Below are positions 27,310 through 41,997 of a DNA stretch of 64,000 bases, piece after piece (the first letter of the stretch is position 1; each line of letters begins with the position of its first letter). Source of the DNA: Eledone cirrhosa (Eukaryota). The DNA lies in the NCBI GenBank assembly GCA_964016885.1, contig OZ024743.1:66154001-66218000 (forward strand). The letters are read 5' to 3'. Below the pieces are notes generated by a model. That model was not told where the DNA came from. It saw only the letters and a program-made list of their open reading frames with translations, and ran no database searches. Both the position numbers and the translations under genes were made by a program.

Positions 27310-28429
27310 CAGGTGGACTTGTAAGAGTAAAGTAAAGGCGGGCAACTTGGAAAATATCTAGAACAGTACACATACACATACAGACACAGACACACACACA
27401 CACACACACACAGACACACACACATACACATACAGACACATACACACACAGACACACACACATACACATACAGACACACACTCACACACACACACACACA
27501 CACACATACATAGACACAGATACATTCACTCATACATACATTCACACAATCACACAAGCATGCATACACACATTCACGCACACATACACACATTCACGCA
27601 CTCATACACACAAACAGACACACTCACTCGCACATACACTCACACACATGCACACGTTATAGAAATGTATAATGTATATATGTATTCATGATTGTATCAT
27701 ATATATATGTGTGTGTGTGTGTGTGTCTGTATGTGTGTGCGTGCGAGCGTGTGTGTATGTGTGTATGTCTATGTTTATCTATACACAGACACACATACAG
27801 ACACATACATCAACACACACTCACACGTATGTGTGTCCTTCCGTGTTTGTGTCACGTAATGTAGCCATTCAATGCAGATCGATAAATTACGTACCAAAAT
27901 TGAAAAAGTCTCCTAGTGGTGGTCGATATGATTGGGGTGATGCTCCAGCATGGCGTTGGTTGTTTGTGTGAATCTCGATCCGCTGTAACGTCCAGCAATA
28001 AACAACGCAGACAAACTGCGAGGGTGATATTTATATGTGGTGTGGTAAATAAATATATATATATGGGATAACAAGTTATCGTTTTAGGTAATCCAGTTAG
28101 AGGTTGTGAGTACTCTGTACTATAGATAGTTTTAACGTACGGCGTTGTTTGACTCAACAAGAGGTTTCCTTAGTTAGGTAGCGACTTTTCGAGAATTCCC
28201 ATGCAGATCATTCTTGGAGTAATAGTAGTGAAATAGTGAAGAATAACATGCTCGGCTGACCATGATTTGATCAAAGGTATTTAAGGTCGAGTGACGCAAT
28301 TTCGAGTGATTAGCGGCTTAGACTCACCTGACCAATGAAACAATTGTTAATACTGTAAATAAAACCCTTTTTGTACAGCCGACCATGTTATTCTTCACTC
28401 TTTCACTACTATATATATATATATATATA

Positions 28430-28740
28430 CCAGGTTCGAACACAAACTCCGACTATCACTCCCCCCGTCTCTCTCGCTCTTCCCATCTCTCGGTATTATA
28501 AGCAAATGTGGGTCCCACGCGCTGGCCATACCGTAACGGACAGAGTAGAAAACACGTTTCCCAGGAGGAGAGTGAGGGAGTTGTGCTGCAATGGCCATTC
28601 CAGCTCGCAAGGCTCACACAAGAGGGTAGCCAACTCCGTGCTGATGGTGGTGAGTAGGGAGGTGGTCCTAGGGTCAAAGTCACCAGAGATCTCCACTGCT
28701 ACGTGCTCGAGTGTAAACCTGTCGGAGAGCGACCGATATT
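28430..28740 (-). mobile_element. CRE-like (restriction-like endonuclease) non-LTR element 3' fragment
   Basis: YRSLSDRF..VAVEISG...TTISTELA...LEW..GN, homologous to 29607..29903. Confidence 0.7.
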
Positions 28741-29589
28741 TATTCTTTTATGATATAAGGTAATTTTTCTACCTCGCTCTTTACTTTATTAGATGTACAA
28801 GAACACTCTGCTACATTTTGAGATTTAAGTACCTATGACATTTATCGTCCGTCGACTGTGATCTCTATCGTTTGCTATAAGTTTCTATAAAGCTGTAAAT
28901 GATCTGAATTGTTCCTAAGGCCTTATAGAGTGCCCCAATGTCTGTCATTGTATCTTGGGATACGGGTAAAGATCCCCTTCTGTCACGAATGACCATGGGA
29001 TTTGCACCTAGAAATTTCCCTTCCGAGGCACAAGTCCGGGCAAAGTTGTTTGTGGAAGACCAGCAGTTGCCCATACATACTGGCCTCTCATCTTCCCGCC
29101 ACCGATGTTATCCAAGAGAAAGGCAAAGGGCAATACATCTTGGCACCAGTGACGTTGCAACTCATTTCTACAGCTGAGTAAACTGGAGCAACGTAAAATA
29201 AGATGTCTTGCTCAAGGACACAACGCATCACCTGGTCCGAAAATCGAACACACCACCTCCCAATTGCAAGCCCAATGCTCTAACCACTAAGCCACACGTC
29301 TTCACTAATAATAACATTTAGGGAGTGTCGTTAACCATTCATATAATGGGCGAATGATGATTCCAATGTTTTCATTGCAAAACATTTACGGCCACTGCTC
29401 ATATTTGCTGTGCCATCAAGACATTGTCCAACAATTTTCTTTCAAATTTTAGCTCAGTCTTCACAAATTCATTTTAACTAACTCATAGAGAATGTTTTAT
29501 TCCATAGACGGCATTGAATAGAATCAAATGAGAGACTCTCTGATTCATAGTACATTGACGGAACTAATGTATATTACAATATAATTACA

Positions 29590-30020
29590 CTTTCTCCAGC
29601 TGCAACATGGTGCAGTCTGCGACTAACCCAGGTTCTGCTGCACGTCGGGCTGAGGAGGCCAAACTCTTCAAATACCGGTCGCTCTCCGACAGATTTACGG
29701 TTGTACCCTTGGCAGTGGAGACTTCTGGTGTCCTCCGCGCTAGGGCTATCTCCCTACTCACCACCATAGGCGCTGAGCTGGCCAGCCGCAGGTGTGAGCC
29801 TCGTGAGATAGAATGGCTTTTCCAGCGCGTCTCCCTTGCAGTCCTCCGGGAAAACGCCTTCTCTATTCTGTCCACCGGGGCTGTAGGGAGGCCACCAATA
29901 TGATTGACTGACTTGTCATCTCATCAGTCAGATGTTTTTAGACACCATGAGTTGCGGCCCGATTTAAGACAGTTTGAGACATACACACATAGTAACAATG
30001 TTGACAATGTGTTTACAACT
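29590..30020 (+). mobile_element. CRE-like non-LTR element 3' fragment
   Basis: GSAARRAEEAKLFKY...PLAVETSG...WLFQRVSLAVLRENA is the typical C-terminus of a CRE-type RLE domain. Confidence 0.78.
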
Positions 30021-30049
30021 GTCCTTATATATATATATATATATATATA

Positions 30050-30242
30050 TAATTGTTTCTACATTTGGCACAAGGCCAGCAATTATACCAGTGCATTACT
30101 GGTACTTTATTTTATCGACCCCGTAAGGATGAAAGGCAAAGCTTAACCTCGGCAGGATTTGAACCCAGATCGTAAAGGGCCGTAAATCTATGCCACAAAG
30201 CATGTTGTCCGACGCTCCACCGATTCTGCCAATCCACTGCCC
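30050..30242 (-). mobile_element. Nin-domain SINE
   Basis: Same family as 16933-17122. Confidence 0.8.
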
Positions 30243-30259
30243 TTGTATACAATATAATA

Positions 30260-30815
30260 TTGACATTTGTTGTACCTGTAGTCAAATCAACACTTGAAGT
30301 CATGAGAATTCAGAAGTCTCTTGTAAAGTATTCCCCAAATTGTGATACAATCACACACTCTGGGAAATTACAAAACATTACCGCAACGAATCAACGGATG
30401 AAAAAGTGTTTGTTTATCAACAGAAAGCGATGCATGCTTCAAAGTAAGAGTAATATAGAAAAATGTTGTCTATCTTGGAATAAAAGTCGGTATATTAGTT
30501 CTCACTTTAAGGGGCAGACTTTTGCATTCCAGGAATTATAAATACCAAACGAAATACCTGATGTACAAAAGGGATAATGTTGCAGATAAAATATCTAGAT
30601 GCAATAATCGATGTAAACTCTGTGGATTAAACATCGAGGATGTCAACCACATCACAAGTCGATGTATGAAGATGTCATCACAACACTAACTACATATGAT
30701 ATATGATATAGTGGCCGATATATTATATACAATGCAATCTATAGAAAGGGTAGTCCCGAAGGGAAATATGAAAAGTTACAGGGATGTGCAGGGCATAATC
30801 ATACATAATATGAAG
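30260..30815 (+). pseudogene. Decayed R4/Dong-like non-LTR fragment (CCHC knuckle region)
   Basis: SSHFKGQTFAFQEL followed by CKLCGLNIEDVNHITSRC (read from ~30610). Confidence 0.6.
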
Positions 30816-30861
30816 GAGAATGGGGGGGGGGGGCGTTCCAGTCAAAACCCCAATAAATTAA

Positions 30862-31155
30862 CATCATCATCATCATCTGGCGGCCTCAGACCGAAATTGA
30901 CTCAACAATTGATCTCCACGTAGGTCTGTCGTTCATTTCCGTTGCCAAGTCCTGGATTTCAACACCAGAATCTCTGGAGATGACATCAGGGTAAGAGACC
31001 TTACGCCCCCTGTTATTAGTGAGTGTTTGTGGTTTCCAAAGCATTAATGGGGACATAGCCTCGAAGGTGGCACTATGGCAGTGGCCAGAAAATCTTATTC
31101 TCCTCTTACCTACAACGACAGATATGCGTGGGAGGCCGGCATGTATCTCTCTCAA
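30862..31155 (-). mobile_element. RTE-group LINE 3' fragment with (GAT)n tail
   Basis: RRIRFSGHC...LMLW.P...RGR..SYPDVISRD. Confidence 0.65.
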
Positions 31156-31868
31156 AGGCAGATGTCGCCAACTTATGTTCTGAATACGCTGAAGCAGGCG
31201 AGTGTAAGTGTCATCAAGGTGCTTTTGTTGTTTGGATGAAAACGTCCATGTTTCACTTATATATAAAATATAACCATAACAGACCAGCCATTATAATTAT
31301 ATGGGAGAGAGAAATGAAGACTGGAGGGGTACCAGCAGGTGTCAATATCATGTTAAACATTATTGAAAATAAGACATATGTGGATCTATTAAGGAATCTG
31401 CATATACTCCACCTTGACTATACCTTTAGAATTGGACCTATAGTTTTCGGGGTTCTTTGTTATGCTACTATATGCCTAAGTAAATCCTGAGAGGTTGGGC
31501 ATATCAGAACCATAAAGTGCAAGGCTAATTATGAAAATAAATACAGTTGATTAAAGCAACTGTAGGAATAAAACATTCCGGATGTTTAGTATGTAATAAC
31601 AGCATATAAACACATTTGTAGGTATAGAAACATGTGTATATGGGCACATATAACACGTGACATGTAGATCCCCATGAGCAATGACATGCATATCTTTGCA
31701 CACACACACGTATATATATATATTAAAATAACAGATTAAAGTTTAAGCAAAGAATCGCTGCTTTCACCCTTTCAAGCAGCGATTCTTTGAGCCAGTCCTC
31801 TCTGAAAAGCGCGTAACAGATCGATACACAATAAATATCTTATGCATATAAACAAAACTTCCTCGTCA

Positions 31869-31952
<84 letters not shown>

Positions 31953-32167
31953 ATACTTGTGGAGGGTCATATTTGTGTAATATTGCCAGAATTAATAACA
32001 GAACACACTCACTCTTTGGTTGGTTTTCGCTTCTCGCTTCTGTGTCTTTTATATCGGTAATCTAACTTACCCGGTCCTCAATGTTGCCATTGACTGACCG
32101 ACGGTCAAAAATAATACAGATACAATATAAAAATAATACAGATACAATATAAAAAACCCTCGCAAAA

Positions 32168-32229
<62 letters not shown>

Positions 32230-32266
32230 CATACATACATATACACACACACGCACGCACACGCAG

Positions 32267-33252
<986 letters not shown>

Positions 33253-33288
33253 ATATATATATATATATACATAGATACATACATACAT

Positions 33289-33326
<38 letters not shown>

Positions 33327-33982
33327 TGGGAATTTTACGCGCCCTAGATATATATGTATATTTATACATATTCATACATACATAAATTTATACACCCATC
33401 CATATGTACGTATATAAATATCTAGATGCATACATACATACATACATACATACATACATACATACATACATACATACACACACACATACATACACACATA
33501 CATATGCATATAGATATATATGCATTTTCATTTATAAGTCTACACAGATTTTCGGATGCACGTTTATTTCTGAAGGGTGGTGCTGGTGGTTATAAATACG
33601 TGCAATATAGATAGAATATAGTTATTTCGCAACCAGAGGGAAAAGGGGATGACAGTAGGCATGTGTGTATAGGGTAGGGAACAGAAGTGTAGGGGTCATA
33701 GGCTGGAGTCGGTAGAGAATAATACTGGTGGGTATAGGATGGCAAGGAAAATACGGTGAGCAAAATAAAGAAAGGAATTAGGACAAGTGGCCTAGTTTCG
33801 CAAAATATGTGAAGTGGATGGTCTCCTAGGACCATCACCACCCGACCACTACCCCGATACACCAAACCACTTATTTTCCTTTCAATCCAATCATACAACC
33901 ACCATAATATATATTTTTAGAGGAGGAAACACCACCTCTTCCACCATTCTTTCTTTATCTTTCCCCACCACACTCTTTCCCT

Positions 33983-34021
<39 letters not shown>

Positions 34022-34026
<5 letters not shown>

Positions 34027-34064
34027 TATGTATAGAGAAATGAAATTTCGTTTCATTCTTTTCC

Positions 34065-34145
<81 letters not shown>

Positions 34146-34571
34146 TATGTACACGTACATACATATATTTATACAGACGTACAGTAGTATGTATATATAT
34201 ATATATACATACATGCACACATATATATATGTACGTATGGATTCACCGAACATTTATTATAATGCTCGGTGTGTTTGTAAACAAACATCCCGTATTAAGC
34301 CGTAGTGTCTAGCAACCATCGTTGCCATCGAGCAACGATGGTTGCTAGACACTACGGCTTAATACGGGATGTTTGTTTACAAACACACCGAGCATTATAA
34401 TAAATGTTCGGTGAATCCATACGTACATATATATATTGTTGCATGTTTGTATATATATATACATACTACTGTACGTCTGTATACATATATCTATGTACGT
34501 GTACATACTTATATTTAAGTAACAGCCGTACTAAGAGTGGGAAATGAAATTTCGTTTCATTTTTTCCGTTT
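34022..34571. mobile_element. Retrozyme-like element cluster B (palindrome of the unit's 3' half, no ribozyme core)
   Basis: 34141-34325 is inverted after ~34330; same sequence as clusters A and C. Confidence 0.8.
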
Positions 34572-34914
34572 ATATATATATATATATATTTATACATATG
34601 TATGTGTGTGTGTATATATATGTATGCATATTATATATATATATACATGTGTGCTTGTAGGTGTGTATGTGTGTGAGTGTGTGTGTATTTTTGTGCGTTT
34701 GTGTTTGTGTGTATCTCTGATAGGTTCCGGCCACTATTGGACCAGGCCATGTTTAACTCGAAAGCACCACTTGACGAGGTCATTATTTTCAGATCATGCT
34801 TCACACCTTAGTCATGTTATGGGCACTATGGTACACTCTAGTAAACTGTTTTGGTTTTCGGAGACATATCTGAGTGTAGATACACTCTACGTATTTGGTA
34901 TCACACACACATTG

Positions 34915-34959
<45 letters not shown>

Positions 34960-35621
34960 AGACACACAGAATCACACAGACACATATATATATATGCATC
35001 CGCGTGTAAATATATACACACACATATATATATACATTTATAAATGTATGTATATTTATACATATGTACACAGAAACACACATAGAAAAATATACCTATA
35101 TATACATACACATATATATATAGTATAGATGCATAAGTAGATACATACATACCATACATACCTATCTACCTACATCATACATATATACGTAGATACATAC
35201 ATACGTAGTTACATACATACATATATATTTACATACATACATACGTACATAGATAATGATGGCCTCAGCGAAAAGACCACTAAAACAGATTTATATACTG
35301 TCATGTATTAAAATAGCAACACATATTTTATATATATATCTTCGAGTATGTTCTAAGTGTCCACATGCTTATATAATATACACGAGTGTATATATAATAT
35401 AAACTCGTCATTGGTGGACGGTAGAAATCCCCATAAGAGAAACATGTCTTATGTTCTCCTCCACCCACATCATTGATGCCGGAAATTATAACAAGTGTAT
35501 ATTGTAAACATTTGAACCATTGAAGGCTTAAGTTCTCTTCTGTTGTCCGCTAATGTTGAGGACATACGTGTGTATATTTATACAAACGTCTGCCCTCTGA
35601 AAACATGAATCATGTACGGCG

Positions 35622-35682
<61 letters not shown>

Positions 35683-35687
<5 letters not shown>

Positions 35688-36628
35688 TATGTACACGTAC
35701 ATACATATATGTATACAGACGTACAGTAGTATATATATATATATACATACATGCACACATATATATATGTACGTATGGATTCACCGAACATTTATTATAA
35801 TGCTCGGTGTGTTTGTAAACAAGCATCCCGTATTAAGCCGTAGTGTCCAGCAACCATCGTTGCTCGTTTGTTCAACACTGACAAAGGAACGCTGTACTAG
35901 TTTCAAGCTTATTAGCTATCGTCAGCAACGTATACCTTCCTGTCAGATTTTTGAACGTATATACTTACCTTATGCATATTAACGGCTGAGTAGCCCAATT
36001 TTCATATCGAGTGGGTTAATCGGCCGGGTGCACCGAAAACGATAAACGGAAAAAATGAAACGAAATTTCATTTCCCACTCTTAGTACGGCTGTTACTTAA
36101 ATATAAGTATGTACACGTACATACATATATGTATACAGACGTACAGTAGTATGTATATATATATATACATACATGCACACATATATATATATGTACGCAT
36201 CGATTCACCGAACATTTATTATAATGCTCGGTGTGTTTGTAAACAAACATCCCGTATTAAGTCGTAGTGTCCAGCAACCATCGTTGCTCGTTTGTTCAAC
36301 ACTGACAAAGAACAATCTGGCAGGAAGGTATACGTTGCTGACGATAGCTAATAAGCTTGAAACTAGTACAGCGTTCCTTTGTCAGTGTTGAACAAACGAG
36401 CAACGATGGTTGGTGGACACTACTTCTTAATACGGGATGTTTGTTTACAAACACACCGAGCATTATAATAAATGTTCGGTGAATCCATACGTACATATAT
36501 ATGTGTGCATGTATGTATTATACATACTACTGTACGTCTGTATACTTATATGTATGTACGTGTACATACTTATATTTAAGTAACAGCCGTACTAAGAGTG
36601 GGAAATGAAATTTCGTTTCATTTTTTCC

Positions 36629-36632
<4 letters not shown>
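35683..36632. mobile_element. Retrozyme-like element cluster C (420-bp tandem unit x1.5 plus inverted copy)
   Basis: atataagtatgtacacgtac at 35681 and 36101. Inversion at ~36310. Hammerheads at 35890-35930 (-) and 36333-36373 (+). Confidence 0.85.
36317..36386 (+). ncRNA. Type I hammerhead ribozyme with extended bulged stem I
   Basis: ctggca-ggaa-ggtata-cgttg-CTGACGA-tagctaataagctt-GAAAC-ta-GTA-cagcg-ttcc-tt-tgtcag. Confidence 0.8.
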
Positions 36633-36666
<34 letters not shown>

Positions 36667-37255
36667 GATAAATATATATATATATATTTATTGTTTTTTT
36701 AGTTGATCTTATTGACTGATGAATAGCTCATGTTAATTTTAACCCGTCTGTTGAGAACTCTAATTCGATATGTGATATTTTGTATTTTTACAACAATATA
36801 CACTACTGAATTCATTCGCCTAATATAGGGGTTCCCTCCCTTGCTAGACCCCACGTGGATTTAGTAACGGGTTCCCTTGTTTTTTTTTTGAACGAAATGC
36901 CTGTTGAGAAAATGGTTCCTCGTTCATCATTCTACCAGAAGCCGGATATTTTTTATGTAAGCTGACGGTAACTGACTTAGGAGCCGCAGAAACCAATATG
37001 TTAGAATTTACCATCATTCTAGCGGGTCCGGGTAAAGATTTTTCATTCATATATATTATTATTTGTCTGACGCGAATTTTCTTGGTGGTTTTTTCGGCTG
37101 TTCGAATGATTTTAAGCATTATATCAGTGTGTTGGTATTAAACGTTAGTTATAGCTCTGGTTTATCCAAACTATTGAGCACTTTGCCACACTTTTCGAAG
37201 ATTGTGTTTCGTTATTTCGTGGGCCGAGATTCCGATTCTCGATAATTTATTTGTT

Positions 37256-37312
<57 letters not shown>

Positions 37313-37405
37313 ATTCTCTTTGGCTGGCTTTGTCAACCAATCTCTCTCATTTTCCTTATGTATCTCCCTCTCTTTCTCTCTCTTTCTCTCTCTCTCCCCT
37401 CCCTC

Positions 37406-37483
<78 letters not shown>

Positions 37484-37556
37484 CAGGCTGAATGAGTTGG
37501 GGCAAACAACCCTACGAAACTTAAGTAACTGTACCTCTGTTGTACCTATACATATA

Positions 37557-37636
<80 letters not shown>

Positions 37637-37869
37637 CGTGTGTGCGTATGTATGCATGCATGTATGCGTGTGTATATATGTTTGCATGTATGTATTTGTT
37701 TGATATATATAACCTGTAATATCTTCAAGCGGGTTTTCGTTGAGGTCACTCCTATATAACTATAACATAGCTTGCTCTATAAGCTTATTGAAAGCACTTT
37801 ATTTACTATATAGTCCTTTGCACGAAGAAATATTTTCGTTCCTTTGATAATAAATCTTTTTAAATGAAG

Positions 37870-38340
37870 AAAAAAAGGGGGAAGGGGAACGGGTGACAGA
37901 GGCTACACCTAGGTCAGAGCTGTGTTTCGACTGCACCCTGCGGGGAAAATGGCAAAGGTATTTCCGTGGACAATGGCTAGCAGCACATGCTGCAACATAC
38001 ACTCCACCTCGCGAGGCTCCTTCCACAGACGGGCTGCTATCAATCCGATTTTACAGAGGAAGTAAGCTGTCCGGGGTCTGAGGAGGGCCTGAGGACTCGG
38101 CGGCGACCGGTGTAAAGAGGGAGCGGAGCGGCTGAACAAGCTCTGGTATTTGTTTGTCTTCCTGTCCTCTGCATTACGAGCCACGGTACCGGGGTTTGTA
38201 GTCGAGGCGATTAAGTTGGAGGCGGAGAACGTCCCAGATGAGAGATTTACCTCCTTCGAAAGGAAAGAGGGTATTTCCACTGAGATGCTTGCCGTCACCA
38301 CGATCGAGACCTCCCCTCTTGCAGTTTCCTGTTTTTCTGG
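37870..38340 (-). mobile_element. CRE-like non-LTR element 3' fragment (diverged family)
   Basis: PFEGGKSLIWD, PGTVARNAEDRKTNKY, LQHVLLAIVHGN. Confidence 0.7.
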
Positions 38341-38632
38341 CGTAAATATAACCAGTCCATTTTCTCCAAAGAGTCATGTTATTGGTCACTGATGATATGT
38401 TGTGTACGGAGTATTAAATACTAACTCAAGTTTCGAGGTTCAGCTGTTATATCTTGAATTCCAATGTCCTTGTGATGCCACTTCATTGGTTCGTAGGTGT
38501 GAACATGTATGCTAATGAGTATATGTAATAATGAGAAGGGTGAGGGGGATAGAGGGAGGGGGTGGGAGTATATTTATAAACAGATATGCTTCAGTTTAAA
38601 AATTATTCTATTTCAGAGTTTAATCATCATCA

Positions 38633-38633
<1 letters not shown>

Positions 38634-38663
<30 letters not shown>

Positions 38664-38925
38664 CTTCTTCTTCTTCTTCTTCTTCTTCTTCTTCTTCTTC
38701 TTCTTCCTGAGAGGGTTATGGGGGCAGAGTGCTCAGATACGCCTTCCAGCAGGTCCTGTTAGAAGCAACCATCTTCAACTGATCCGGCTGGATTCCCAAG
38801 TGAAGCAATTCAAGTTCATGGATATTATCGAACCATCTTTCCCGAGATCTACCCCTGAGTATCCTGCCGGTTGGTTTTGCCCGTAAAATCTGACCAGCAA
38901 TCCTTTCCTGGGACATTCTAACCAT
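38634..38925 (-). mobile_element. RTE LINE 3' fragment with (GAA)n tail
   Basis: MVRMSQERIAGQILRAKPTGR..RGR.RERW. Confidence 0.8.
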
Positions 38926-39944
38926 CCACGCGATGGACGCAAAGATTGCGTTGCGTATCCCGGGACCTCAAAGATGATTCAGAAGGGAGCAAGAGTTTAG
39001 CATTCAAATTCGGAAAGCAAAACGGCTACTTCGTCCAATCTCGGCAGTTACAGCGATGAAGTATTGTGTGTAATGCTCTTTATCCAAGCTATGTTTCTTG
39101 GAAGAATATTACATAAGTGGCATGCATATGTTGGTGCTTCTGCTACTGTTGAAGTATATCCCAAAGCTGCTATTACCCGATTTTATATGAAAGATCTGAA
39201 TGTTCAAACTTTGAAATTACATTTCAGAGAGACCGGCCCACACTGGTTCATTCATTGAAAGGCTCAGCTGAGCACGTGGCCTAGCATCGGAGATATGCTT
39301 GTCGTCACTGCAGAATTTATTTTTATTAACCGATTTAAAGTTGCTAGCCTCGCGTTTCATCCCTCCTACATTTTAAAAACAGTCTGAAAATTAGCCTAGC
39401 GATTCAAGGTCAAGTAGTGGCGGCTTAACTCTAGATACGTTTGGTGAATATTTGCCAACATGCATCATGATTAATTTCTTATGAATTCACTGACTTTGTA
39501 TTCACTCTTAATTGCCTGACTCGGGATATAATATCCATCAACGATTGTGCGTCGTGGGACTTGGAAAGCATTCATATTTGAATTTCATAACATTATATTC
39601 TGCACGATATAAACTTATGTTATATATTATTCCTTTGAAAACAGAGTCAAGTGGTGTGAGTCTCAAGTGCAGCTGATTCCGGCTGATTGTACGAGTGTGT
39701 ACATATATGGAGAATTTTAAACACATATGCAACATTGCAATTAGGGAAAAATTACCTTAGGGGAATGTTGTGCAGAATATTTCCCCACGGTATTACCCCT
39801 ACTTCTACACATGTGTTGTGAAGGCGCGTGGGTTATTGTTTAGGGCGATAACTTCAAATTCGAGTTCTTGTATTCTGTTCTATCAGGACTGGGGACTGAT
39901 AGAATCGTTCCGGCCCTTTAGGTTCTGACTTCAAATTACCATCG

Positions 39945-40115
39945 AACTGGAGGGGTCACCAGAGTCGAGGCCATGCTGCCGAAGTCCCAACTACGCTGGG
40001 CAGGACATGTCACTAGGATAAAGGATCATCATTTGCCCAGGATCAAGCTGTACGGTCATCATGACGGGGGGGGGGGGGGGGAGTATTACAAGGACTCCCT
40101 TGGAGCTTGTCACAT
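39945..40115 (+). mobile_element. RTE/BovB-like fragment
   Basis: Translates as VTRVEAMLPKSQLRWAGHVTRIKDHHLPRIKLYG. Confidence 0.7.
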
Positions 40116-41865
40116 CCTTCCAGAGTTATTAAAATAACAGTAAAGAAAATAGATCGATAAAATCTATTCCCTGCGACCCACAAATTTATTGGATTTGTAC
40201 TTAAAGTGGATATAATTATACTGTCCTGTTACTGGGGTGTGTATACTACACATTAGATGTACATGTGTATATAGCTATATGTGTCTATATAGCATAGCTG
40301 AATGTTTAAGAAGTTCACATCACAGTCATTAAGTCTTGGGTTCGATCCCACTGTGTGGCAACTTGTGTAAGTGTCATACACCGTAACCTCGGTTCGACTC
40401 ATACCTAGTAAAGGAAATTGGCCAGACGGAAACTATTTGAAAGCCCACCGGATGAACTGTGTCTGTAATTCAAAAGGCTACACTTGATATACACTGTGTT
40501 AGACTGAGTCGCTCTTAGAATTACGTTCAGGGTACATGTTGTTGTTGTTGTTGTTACAGCTCACACCTATGCAGGTTTAGCTGGCCTCCTCCGAGATATA
40601 TCTCGTTGGAGGTGTCTTTGGTGATTTAATGATAGGGACCCCAGTCCTATCATCTCATTTCTACAGCTGAGTAAACTGGAGCAACGTGAAATAAAGTGTC
40701 TTGCTCAAGGAAACAACACATCACCTTTCGATTGCAAGCCCAATGCTCTAACCACTAAGCCATGCGCCTTCACTACATATATATTTACAATACTCAGTTA
40801 TTTACACATTCAATTAATGACCGGCTGTTTCTTTAATCGAATCCTACAAGATTCATCGTCGAAACCGATGGAAGTCCACTCCATATAACCATAACTCATA
40901 CATATGTATTTAATAGTGATTATTAGAATATTTAATGAACAATTTGAAATGGCGGTACAATGTACCTCTGTCCTGGTCCTATTACCATCTTTATACAAAT
41001 TGACTAAGTATACTATAAGCAGCTGTACCCTTAACTTAAACCCCAAGAAGATACGAAGGGACTAAGTGCTTGACAAGTTTCACCGTTTGAATTACAATTA
41101 CAGTCTATCTGACGAGCTTCTTGGTGGTTTTAGTCTACCGAATTTATTCCCAATATTTTAGGTCAAGCCTGGAATATCCGATAGGCTGTTGCTCAAAATG
41201 CAGCGCAGTGGGATTGAGCCGAGAACCTCAGAAAAACACAATGCACACTCACACACATATGTAATCATACACACTTAGAGATCATACTTATAAATAGTGT
41301 ATCTATCAGTATAATTGTGGAAGTGTGGATATGCACACATAAACATACACACACACACACGCACACACACACACACATACATATATATGTATATAGTACA
41401 TATAAATAGTGTATTTATCTGTGTAATAGTGTGGATGTGTAAAAGTGTGATCATATATACATTTATATTTGTGCAGGCGTATGACAAATTGAGGACACAA
41501 CATTATAGCAGAGGAACTGTAAGAGTGATTATGGTGGTAATAAGGTCTTTTACAATGTCACACCTCCTCCAGCTCACCTAATTTTCTCTGTCTTCCCTGT
41601 CCACTATCACTTTCCGCTTTCTCTCTCGCTCTCACCCTTCCTCACCCTTCAGCACTCCCCGTCTCTCTCTCACTCATTCTCTCTCGTCCACCATATCTCC
41701 GTCACCTCTTTCTCCCTCGCTCTCACCTCTTTCTCACTCTGCAGCACTCCCCGTCTCTTTCACTCTCATCCCCTTCTCACACTCTCACTCTTCACCTCTC
41801 CCTTTTCTTTCTCGCTTTCACCCCCTTCCCATTCCTTCCATTTCACCACTCCCCGTCTCTCTCCG

Positions 41866-41924
<59 letters not shown>

Positions 41925-41929
41925 ATCTA

Positions 41930-41997
<68 letters not shown>

